Source: Phoronis australis (taxonomy: Eukaryota; Animalia; Phoronida). From it: a stretch of DNA of 64,000 nucleotides. The position numbers were made by a program, and so were the translations under genes. A model generated the notes under the pieces. The model was given only the letters and a program-made list of their open reading frames with translations, was not told the origin of the DNA and ran no database searches. Location of the stretch: NCBI GenBank assembly GCA_002633005.1, contig NMRA01000112.1:488437-552436 (forward strand), in the 5' to 3' direction. This document shows, piece after piece, positions 21,853-32,342 of this stretch; positions within the stretch are counted from its first letter, which is position 1, and each line of letters starts with the position of its first letter.

Positions 21853-23675
21853 TACTGAATCCAACAATTTTATTCCAGAAATTCTTGCAATATTCAAAAT
21901 GAATAACTCTTACGTTGGTATCTTCAATAATTAGAGTCACCACGATCTCTTTAAAATTTAGCATTTTTATCAGTTTTTGCTTTCCATGCCTCTTTGTAAG
22001 TTGATATCGCATAGAGCCAAATGAACGCATGACTAATACTTCTTGTGACATAGTGTGTGAACCTTATGCATGACGAGTCAATCACAAGATTCAGTTATTG
22101 CACGGGACTAATACAGTATCTACTCCAGGCATACATACATGTAGAAACAGTGACCCAGCGTTCATAATTTGAATCACAAACTCCTCATATGGCGTCATTC
22201 TTCAAAACATTCACGTCGCTTCTGTATTCATCAACATTTATGTAAGTATAAAATAGTAAAACTAGTAAAACTAAAACGACGAGCGTCGGTACTAAAATAT
22301 TACTTAAAATATTCCCCACGTTTCGAGTGATGCGCTCTTTGTCAAGGGTGTGCTACAGACTGCTGAGTACATGTAGATGGATATAAAATGAAATGGCACA
22401 GGAGACCACATAGTGACATACAATAGGCAACGTGAACACAATGACAACAACGATGACATTATCATCAATAGAACGCGGTAGTTATGAGTAACCGTAACAA
22501 TGAAAACTACTCAATTTAAAGCTTGTCGACGACTAACGAAACATGTTTTTGTTCAAGTTTTTTTATATTATCTACTACATTTTACTAATACATGAACAAT
22601 AGTCTAGACACCCAAATGTCAAATCTCAAAACCTTCCGTTAATTAGTAAACTTATGAAAAGTAAAGATCAGGGTTTTGATACCGTGATTATTGAAAATAT
22701 CCTTACAAATATCAAGTGGCCGGCTGCAGTATGCACAATTACACAGTGAAGTAATTGTTTTTATCTGATCAGGCGTGCTTTCTGTAGACACGAAACTTTC
22801 ATCAAAACGCAAGGTCACTCAAGATTTCGCGAAGCACGTGATCGCATAAGCTTTCTTCGTGACATTCTACGAGACTCAGCCCAGACTGATCTGGAATCAT
22901 CACGGGTAAGAATCAACCGACGTGTTACGGGTAAGAATCAACCGACGTGTTGGGTTTGCTGACGCGAACATTGACGTAAAAATTTTTGTAAGCGAATCTT
23001 AATAGCTCACTTGCGAGTCTCCAGTTAGTTAATGTGACGTCACCGGAAGGAGGGAAAAACCCGCCATATTGTTCTTGTTTTGCCCCGAGTCTTTGCTACA
23101 CACGCGAAATCTTACTGGAGTTCTTATGGTGAATTTTACGCTTAAAACATTAACACGATTTCAGGGATGGTAGATGGATCATGGAATAAATGTGAATGGA
23201 CGAAGAAAGTTGCTATGGTGTGCGAAGCTGTGAACGGACTGAAATTGGAACTCGACCCGATCTGGACCTGAATGCCGCATATCCCCATGAAAAGTTACTC
23301 ATTTCAAAATACAGCAAATGAAATCAATTGAAACATTCATATCTGTACATGGAGTTATAATTAGCACATACCCTGACTCTAGATACAATTTTGTCTACAA
23401 ATAACTTGAACATATCCATGAAAACTTCGCGGTTCGCTCGAGTTTCTCTCACCGGGCGCCATTTTGAGGAAGTTAGGTGAAATCACGCCTGTTGACCAAC
23501 AAAAGTCCAAGGGACACACTGAATCTTACGAATTTCACTTGATATTTTCCCATGCTATTGTGCAAGTGTCACGCAAAAGGTCACGTGCTTCGCTCAGTCT
23601 CGGGCTAGCCTTTGCCCATACTCACCTGACTCAGTTGAAATACTTTGTGGTTATCGCGCGCGCGGTCCAAGTTAA
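21853..23675 (+). repeat. Duplicate of 23883-26338 (probable allelic haplotype assembled in tandem)
   Basis: Colinear, high identity with SNPs and small indels; the junction is the single N at 23882. Confidence 0.9.
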
Positions 23676-23881
23676 AGGAGAATGCCACCCGAGTTAATTA
23701 GTCTTTTTTGCCATCTAAAATCGGTCTATATCCACATCGCCTCGCATACAGTCAACCTTACCTTGCCAAAAGGTGTCGCGTTAACCTATGAGTTAGGTGA
23801 GAAACGACGCTAGCGACGTCATTGGTTCATATGCAGAGTGTATGCCGCTATGTTGCGGTGTATCGTTCCCGCTTGTATGAA
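23676..23881 (+). mobile_element. Left end of an insertion at TTAA (Kolobok-like), truncated by a contig break
   Basis: Copy 1 reads ggtccaagttaa|aggagaatgccacc; copy 2 reads ggtccaagttaa|cactaacc at the same site (26335-26338). Confidence 0.65.
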
Positions 23882-24348
23882 NTACTGAATCCGACAATTT
23901 TATTCCAGAAATTCTTGCAATATTCAAAATGAATAACTCTTACGTTGGTATTTTCAATAATTAGAGTCGCTACGATCTCTTTAAAATTTAGCATTTTTTA
24001 TCAGTTTTTGCTTTCCATGCCTCTTTGTAAGTTGATATCGCATAGAGCCACATGAACGCATGACTAATACTTCTTGTGATATAATGTGTGAACCTTATGC
24101 ATGAGGAGTCAATCACAAGATTCAGATATTGCACGGGACTAATACAGTATCTACTCCAGGAATACATACATGTAGAAACAGTGACCGAGCGTTCATAATT
24201 TGAATCACAAACTCCTCATATGGCGTAATTCTTCAANAAAAAAAAAAAAAAAAATCACGTCGCTTCTGTATTCATCAACATTTATGTAAGTATAGAATAG
24301 TAAAACTAAAACGACGAGCGTCGGTACTAAAATATTATTTAAAATATT

Positions 24349-24387
24349 CCCCACGTTTCGAGCGATGCGCTCTTTGTCAAGGGTGTG
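24349..24387 (-). ncRNA. Minimal type-I hammerhead-like motif (Penelope-type relic)
   Basis: Minus strand ccc-TTGACAA-a-gagcg-cat-cgctc-GAAAC-gt-gggg: U3:A8 variant core and a 5-bp helix II. The counterpart at 22314-22350 has a mismatch in helix II. Confidence 0.45.
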
Positions 24388-24920
24388 CTACAGACTGCTG
24401 AGTACATGTAGATGGATCAAAAATAAAATGGCACAGGATACCACATGGTGACATACAATAGGCAACGTGAACACACTGACAACAACGATGACATTATCAT
24501 CAAATAGAACACTGTAGTTATGAGTAACCGTAACAATGAAAACTACTCAATTTAAAGCTCGTCGACGACTAACGAAACATGCTTTGTTCAATTTTTTTAT
24601 ATTGTCTACTACATTTTACTAATACATGAACAATAGTCTAGACACCCAAATGTCAAAACTCAAAACCTTCTGTTAATTAGTAAACTTATGAAAAGTAAAC
24701 GATCAGTTTTTTGATACCGTGATTATTGAAAATATCCTTACAAATATCAAGTGGCCGGATGCAGTATGCACAATCACACAGTGAAGTAATTGTTTTTATC
24801 TGATCAGGCGTGCTTTCCGTAGACACGAAAATTTCATGAAAACGCAAGATCACTCAAGATTTCACGAAGCACGTGATCGCATAAGCTTTCTTCGCGACAT
24901 TCTACAAGACTCAGCCCAGG

Positions 24921-25512
24921 CTCGCTGGTTCCCTGCGTGCCGCTAGGTGGGGCGGTAGCCGCGCCAGCACGCAGGTATCACTTAAATTTCCTCTGTAAAT
25001 TTTTTTACACCGGCGTTTCTGATTGGCTAGTCGATTCGTCAACAGGCAGCCCTTTGCGCAAACAAACTGGCATATGGCTGATGGACTGAAGTGTAAATGT
25101 GGTCTGTTGTACAGACAAATCGGTGCTTAAAATTTATGTTCAGGAAATGTGAAGCCTAGAAATTGTGACTGAGCCTTTTCGGAATGCATCTTTCTACTGT
25201 CGATGACTTTTGTTTACGATAATGTCCTTATACACTATGAATAACACACCGGTTAAATCGGCCACATAATGTGTGAGTGTTTATTGTGCATGTATGTGTT
25301 TCAAGCACGCGGCTATTAAACATCACTGCAGAAACGAAATAGTTGCTGCGACGCCACATGACAAGGCTAAAAATCGTTCACAGTCCGCCATTTTTTCAAG
25401 GTGTTGTAAAGCTAACCAATGACTGCCAAGATTACATCGACCAATGCTAAAGCGCGTGCCACTGCGTGATACCTGCGTGCTGGCTGGGCTAAGCACGCAG
25501 GGAACCAGCGAG
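24921..25512. mobile_element. 592-bp non-autonomous DNA transposon with 20-bp TIR and 9-bp TSD
   Basis: TIR ctcgctggttccctgcgtgc/gcacgcagggaaccagcgag; TSD cagcccagg (24912-24920 and 25513-25521); the empty site is visible in the other copy near 22876-22885. Confidence 0.92.
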
Positions 25513-27536
25513 CAGCCCAGGCTGATCTGGAATCATCACGGTAAGAATCAACCGACGTGTTGTGTTTGCTGACGCGAACATTGACGTAAGAAGATCGTTA
25601 TTTCGTGACAAAGATTTTTGTAAGCGAATCGTAATAGCTCACTTGCGAGTTTCCAGTTAGTCAATGTGACGTCACCGGAAGAAGGGAAAACCCCGCCATA
25701 TTGTTCTTGTTTTGCCCCGAGTCTTTGCTACACACGCGAAATCTTACTGGAGTTCTTATGGTGAATTTTAGGCTTAAAACGTTAACACGATTTAAGGGAT
25801 GGTAGATGGATCATGGAATAACTGTGAATGGACGAAGAAAGTGTGAACTTGTTATGGTGTGCGAAGCAGTGAACGGACTGAAATTGGAACTCGACCCGGT
25901 CTGGGCCTGAATGTCGCAGGCATGCAGGGGCGTATATCCCCATAAAAAGTTACTCATTTCAAAATACAGCAAATGAAATCAATTGAAACATTCATATGTG
26001 CACATGGAGTTATAATTAGCACATACCCTGACTCTAGATACAATTTAGTCTACAAATAACTTGAACATATCCATGAAAACCTCGCGGTTCGCTCGAGTTT
26101 CTCTCACCGGGCGCCATTTTGAGGAAGTTACGTGAAATCATGCCTGTTGACGAACAAAAAGTCCAAGGGACACACTGAATCTCACGAATTTCACTTGATA
26201 TTTTCCCATGCTGTTGTGCAAGTGTCACGCAAAAGGTCACGCGCTTCGCTCAGTCTCGGGCTATAGCCTTTGCCCATATAATACTCACCTGACTCAGTTG
26301 AAATACTTTGTGGTTATCGCGCGCGCGGTCCAAGTTAACACTAACCAAAAAGTGGAGTTGGAATTCTTCGCCAAAGTCACCTGAATTCCCGTAGCTATGC
26401 TTCATCGAAGATATGTTTAGAAGCAGAAAGGATCACTGAAGAAAGTAAGCGCCTTTTTAGGTGATAATTTTATATGTAGAATGTATTTTTGACGAGGTGA
26501 AAACTTAATCAGTGAGCGGATTTCGCCTACCGCTCGTTTAAAATACACGGGACGAAATTAGTACAGAACGCGATGGAACGCGTTGTAGTGCGAATCTTAA
26601 TTTCATTTGCAATAACAGCAATGCTTGTTTGGCATTTTTCACACTAAAAGATTAAAAACTCGAAGTAAACAACAAAATACACTCTGCTACCGTATCGGGC
26701 AAATGGCTTTTGCCCCACATCCGGTGATGTCTCAGTTAAGTATTACATATTCTCGCGTTACAGTTATAAACTCGCCAAAGGACTATTGGAACCGTTCTGG
26801 GGGCTCTGTGAAGAAATGGGATGAAATTTTAAATAACTTACCAAAAATTATTTAAAATGATCTTTTAGGTCACCTGTAACTATTTCGAATATCAAAAACG
26901 ATTTTCTTTAATGGCGCATTAACACTTCGAAAGCAACATTATCGTTTACCCATCCCTTCGCTTGAATAGAAATGGTGTGCCAAAACGCCCTAACAACCAG
27001 ATGCCTCGGCGGCTAAGTGATTAACCCACCGTGTGACAAACAAAAATAATCATGAACTGTGAATTTTTCACAAGTCACGAAATCTTGTATAACTGAGTAA
27101 GGAACAATAGGAGCCATATTCTATATTTCAAATAATTTAAATTAATCAAAAGTTGACCTTTTGACAGAAAGCGAAGGTTTAGTTGCCCTTTATTGTAATG
27201 TATATTTTCTGAATGCAGAAAGAGTATTGAATTTAATAGTAGTCATGAAAACCAATTTCGTCTTTGGTTAGATCATTTGACTTTGTCTTTTTATGGAAAT
27301 TAAATAAAAAAATTTGTTTCGAAAAATTCTTACTTTCCAGATTATGTTATGTTTTTGTTTCATATGCTAAATTTAAAAAGGTAGACAGTTTTATTACAGC
27401 TTAATTTCATAGAACTGTAATGTGAAAACGAAACTCTTTAAAAAACACTCTTATCGTCTTTAAAACAATCCATAAACAATCGTTTCTGATTAAAATTTCA
27501 TGTCTTATAATTCATCTAGTTCGTGGTCGTACGAAC

Positions 27537-27719
27537 CTCCAGATTTAGCTGTAGTGCTATCCAGCCCACCGCTGATCTTTGCGTCACTCACAGGTGACGT
27601 ATAGCCTGATGTACCAGCGCTGGCGGTAACAACATTTGAAGGAGACACAGGAGTTGTAGTTGGGACGCTTGAGTCGTCAGTAGAGTTAGCGCTGATCGCC
27701 GTGTGAACCAGCATTGTAC
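27537..27719 (-). CDS. Ser/Thr-rich (mucin-like) secreted or membrane protein, coding exon 2
   Basis: tttgcaccacag|gt, phase 1; (G)TMLVHTAISANSTDDSSVPTTTPVSPSNVVTASAGTSGYTSPVSDAKISGGLDSTTAKSG. Possible donor g|gttcgt at 27537 (183 nt, symmetric), or read-through to the stop at 27505. Confidence 0.65.
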
Positions 27720-29234
27720 CTGTGGTGCAAACACATTTTATTACCCTGGGAAGCGTACCGCAGATTCGAGTATAGACCACGCAAGACTTCGCGAGAGACC
27801 ATATTGTTGATAGCAGTTCATAAATCATTCGCTAGGGTTGCGCCCCCGGTCACACGAAGCAGTATGGGTAGTAGTATTTTGGAGTTTACTGTGTGAATAG
27901 CGTACAGGAAGACGACAGGTTATTGAATAAGCTAAATCTATTCCATGTTCCTGGGGCGCAAACCATTATTTGAAATCGGGGTGTACCATTTAGCCCACAT
28001 AAAAATCAGTTGGAGGTCGGTTCGATAGTTCTAAAGGCCGATATTCCCGGAAATTGACGACTCTCCGGGTCGACAGTATTAACTCTTTTCACACCATAGT
28101 GAATTTATCGATTGGCAACGGATTGAAGCTTGGGATATCAGGATGCCAGCTTGCTAACTAATTGAAAACATAAAAAGATATATAACTACTCTTGGAGAAA
28201 AGGTGGTAATCACTGAAGTGTCAAAATTGTGAGTCCTTCTAAGACTTTTGAAACGTCATCAACATTAAAAAGCAACTTGTTTACGAAGGGATGCCTTTTT
28301 CCATCAGGCAGCGATTTTTCAGATAAAAAAGCATAGGGCTCTCGTTCGGATGGTTCCGCAATCAAACCAGTGTCGGTTTGAATTAAAATGGAAAACTAAA
28401 ACATAAAAGGCAAAAAAAAATCGGCTGACATTTTTTGGAAAATGAATATTCATGCAAACTCGAACAATTTCACTAGACTCTTTACAGTCATTTAATAAAC
28501 GATGTTCAGATTGTGGCACAGCGGGCATTTTCTATACCACAGTACACTGACTAAACGTATTACTGAAATCTGATGATCTTGGTTTTAATTTCCACGCTAG
28601 TGCGTCGGCAAGTGATAGTCAAAACCTAAAACCTGACTTGAATGTAACTGTCTATTTTGTTGCTCTAGTTATCCCAACCGGTCATACTCATACTAAGCCT
28701 ACTGGTGCGTTGCCGCGAAGCTGCTGCGAGCACCAAGCCTTTGCACAAATCAAAATGGTGGCAATCAACAAAGAGGTCTATTGCTTGCTAAGCAAGAAGC
28801 CCCTGTTTCGGCACTGCGATATTCTAGTGTCCATAAAACACAGCCCTGAGTCCACATTTTCATATATTCAACGTCGTCTAGATAGCAATGTGCTGATTTT
28901 GAGTGACAGTTTTGATGACATTACGAAAAGTCGACTTTGTTTTCTTCAAGTACGAATTCCCGGTTGGACACATTTTTAAAATATGAAAGATGGTGTGGAC
29001 CGTTTCCATAGCCTGGGTTTGCTTGCCAGTAATCACACGAATACCAATCCAGTACGTCATTATTGGTAACTTGCTCAGCAATCAACAATCCTGCTACAGT
29101 CACTTCTTTTGGTGTTTTATGCATCCTGGGCCAAAACAATGACAATACGATATCGACAGTTAATTTTTTTAAGATTAATAAATCTATGCCTTCTACACAC
29201 TTATTGGTTTGACACATATTTTACTCACGCTCAC

Positions 29235-29277
29235 CCAATACAAGTAGGAACCCTAGAGGAGGCGAAAAATCACGCAT
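29235..29277 (-). CDS. Ser/Thr-rich protein, coding exon 1 (first part of the signal peptide)
   Basis: ATG at 29277 gives MRDFSPPLGFLLVL g|gtgagc, phase 1. Joined to 27719 it gives the signal-like MRDFSPPLGFLLVLGTMLVHTAIS-ANST. Confidence 0.62.
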
Positions 29278-29374
29278 AGTTTAGATGTCCTCACCAATGA
29301 AGCGAAACCTGCGATTATACCAAGCAGCATCCAAATCAAAGAAATTATGATTCACGAATGTCACAAGACTCCGG

Positions 29375-29382
29375 TTTTTATA
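29375..29382 (-). promoter_or_regulatory. TATA box of the Ser/Thr-rich protein gene
   Basis: TATAAAAA on the minus strand about 100 bp upstream of the ATG at 29277. Confidence 0.55.
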
Positions 29383-29663
29383 CGCCTCGTGTCCTCTCCG
29401 TTTGGAATAGGAATGTAACAGGGTGACACAAAAGCAGTGTTAATGCAATATTTCTCCCTGATAAAGCTGAATTTGCCGCCTGTTTTAAGGCTGTTAATGT
29501 CGAATTCTTAGCCTAAGCGCTTTCGTATTTAAAACCATTACCGTGCTCATCCCGTCTTAAAATTATAATCAATTAGCCTGCAACTCAAGGCACAGGCAAT
29601 TTCGAACCCGCAATTTTAGAGTAGTGCATTTTTGAATTGCCCATGGTTTCGAAGTTCTTGTTA

Positions 29664-29875
29664 GTAACGGGACTAGAATCCTATCATTGTAAGGAGCATT
29701 ATTAGACCGATTTTATGATAGTAAAATTCTTAACTCAATTTTCGTTTTAAGCCAGTTAAGCAAAGCGAAATGTACCTTTAAGCTGGCTAAAAACGGAAAT
29801 CGAATTAGGCCTTTTACTCTCAAGAAATTGGTCTTTTGATATTCCTTATCGTGCTAGGACGCTATTTCCGTTATC
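29664..29875. repeat. Degenerate long inverted repeat
   Basis: Arms ~29664-29759 and ~29778-29875 (ttttcgttttaagccagttaa / ttaagctggctaaaaacggaaa) with an ~18-bp spacer bounded by TTAA. Confidence 0.65.
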
Positions 29876-30884
29876 AAATAGAACATCAGCGACTCAAGAA
29901 AACGCTTAAGGTTAGCCAAGCCTTAAATTGTGAATTCGAAAATGGCGCATGTACATGAACGCATTCTATAAGACTTGAGTGATAACGGAAATAGATTTTA
30001 TTCATGGTAAAGAACATCGCGTTATCGCTTTGATAAGAGTAAAAGTTTTCTTTCGATTTTCGTGTTTAAGCTACCTTGACAGGGCCAAACATAACTTTAA
30101 AATGCGCGCGCATCCTTACGCACCACGTCTGTCAACCCTTTTAGAAAAACTTATCAGAGTGTCATTCAATGATGACGTTTAAGATCTTGATCTGGAATGA
30201 CGTTGAGTTGACATCTTAAAGCATTCTGCTGTTTCTAACTTAAAGCTTCTACGAGTCCACGTTTCGTCCAAGAAGCAAAATTTCAATTTAAACCGACTAC
30301 GGTTACAAAATTGGTCTCAACTTGATCCTGACTGAGATGAGAAGCGAGGGGTTTGTAAAGATCTCCAATTATACTAAGGAACAGTTCTAGGCCATTTTCA
30401 TAACGGTAAGTGGTTTAGGTCCAATTTTGTTTTTGTGATGGAAGCAGGGTTTACTACCGCTTTAAATGCTTTCAACTGAAAACGGAAATTTTAAAAGAAC
30501 CGTCAATGGTGGTGTACTGTGAAAGCTTGCTTCGATGGACACTTTGACTGTTTGTGAAAGGATGATTTCCCATTATTTGTTAAACGTAGAATGTTCCCTA
30601 CTGTCAGTGATGCACAAACCACTGAGCCAAACATGTAACTATCTTTAAATTAAAATTTCTGTAATGCTCTTTCTGCCTCAATAAGTTACAAATTTCATAA
30701 AACGGATATCGACGGAAACAAAATTTATTCCCAAATGACGGTCTTTCACCAAGACATCACATTTTTCAGTCTCAATGGAATTTAAAACTATTTTTCATAA
30801 ATTCTGTATCAAAATGAATGACACAAAATTTTAATTTCGTCAATAAAGGGTTGATACAAATATGTAAATTTTGAATAAGCTTGA

Positions 30885-31143
30885 AAACGTTTTTAAGTCT
30901 GGTGTGCACGCCAACTGTTGGCCACATCACGTGACCTAACGAACAGAAGTCTGAAAATATTTCTGTCCCAACCGGGGCTCGAACCCTTTCTGCCAACCGT
31001 GCAGACACTCTAGTTCATTGCAAGGTTTCAAGAAGGTCCCGGGTTAGGAGTTCAGGTCGGGAGAGAAAAATTTTCAGAGTTATGTTCCTTAGGTGTTGTG
31101 ATGTGGCCAACAGGTGGAGTACAGGCCAGACTTTAAAATGTTT
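30885..31143. repeat. Inverted pair of fragments of the tRNA-derived repeat
   Basis: The left arm shares cacatcacgtgacctaa...ctcgaacc...aaccgtgcagac with 19688-20125; the right arm is its imperfect reverse complement (tgtgatgtggccaacag...ccagactttaaaatgttt). Confidence 0.75.
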
Positions 31144-32270
31144 GTAATACAAGGTAGATATTGAAAACGCAATATTTACAATGTACGTCTCTGTCCTTTT
31201 CGAAATGTTCCTACTTTATATTTTTCGATCGCTGAAACTCGCTTTGTGTTCTATGTTGGCAAAACCAAATGAAACAGTTGGCCACTTTTTGTTTTTGGGC
31301 AACCCTTTGATAGTGAGGTTGCTAAGAAATGGGAATATTTGGCTTCAAACTAAAACATGTATTTGAAAAGTGTTATCCTTTTAATGTTTTTTCCTCTCCC
31401 AGGGTGTTTTTTTAATTCCATTTCGTTCTATAGACAGATTAGATTTATCACAAACATTTAATTTCAAATCTCTTGTCTTAAGTCAGTTTGCCAATCGTAA
31501 TGCCGCTCAGGTATACAGTAAGTTATGGAATTCGATAGGTACATGTATTCCAAATTGTCTTGGATTGATCAGTTTACAAGTATACGATTAGATTTGGTTG
31601 ACGCTATGTCCTTTGAGTTGGCAAATATGAACAAAAGGCGAGAGGAGTGAAGGTATATTTACGATCAATTTGTGAAACGAGTGTAGATAACAACAAAATC
31701 CTATGGTAAATGGCCTCTGAAAGTAACTTCGGTAACATTACATGGAATGATTTAGGGGGGGGGGGGGCAGGATGCCCGGCNNNNNNNNNNNNNNNNNNNN
31801 NNNNNNNNNNNNNNNNNNNNNNNNNNNNNNNNNNNNNNNNNNNNNNNNNNNNNNNNNNNNNNNNNNNNNNNNNNNNNNNNNNNNNNNNNNNNNNNNNNNN
31901 NNNNNNNNNNNNNNNNNNNNNNNNNNNNNNNNNNNNNNNNNNNNNNNNNNNNNNNNNNNNNNNNNNNNNNNNNNNNNNNNNNNNNNNNNNNNNNNNNNNN
32001 NNNNNNNNNNNNNNNNNNNNNNNNNNNNNNNNNNNNNNNNNNNNNNNNNNNNNNNNNNNNNNNNNNNNNNNNNNNNNNNNNNNNNNNNNNNNNNNNNNNN
32101 NNNNNNNNNNNNNNNNNNNNNNNNNNNNNNNNNNNNNNNNNNNNNNNNNNNNNNNNNNNNNNNNNNNNNNNNNNNNNNNNNNNNNNNNNNNNNNNNNNNN
32201 NNNNNNNNNNNNNNNNNNNNNNNNNNNNNNNNNNNNNNNNNNNNNNNNNNNNNNNNNNNNNNNNNNNNNN

Positions 32271-32336
<66 letters not shown>
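32271..32336 (+). repeat. (CA)n microsatellite at a gap edge
   Basis: About 33 CA units directly after the N-run. Confidence 0.97.

Positions 32337-32342
<6 letters not shown>

Noticed and set aside
26289-26340. Strong minus-strand donor cag|gtgagt as the next exon of the Ser/Thr-rich gene
   Set aside because: Stops in phases 0 and 1, and it borders a dispersed repeat.
28638-29217. Overlapping ORFs of 67-113 aa
   Set aside because: No recognisable motif or splice support; they lie in the predicted intron of the Ser/Thr-rich gene.
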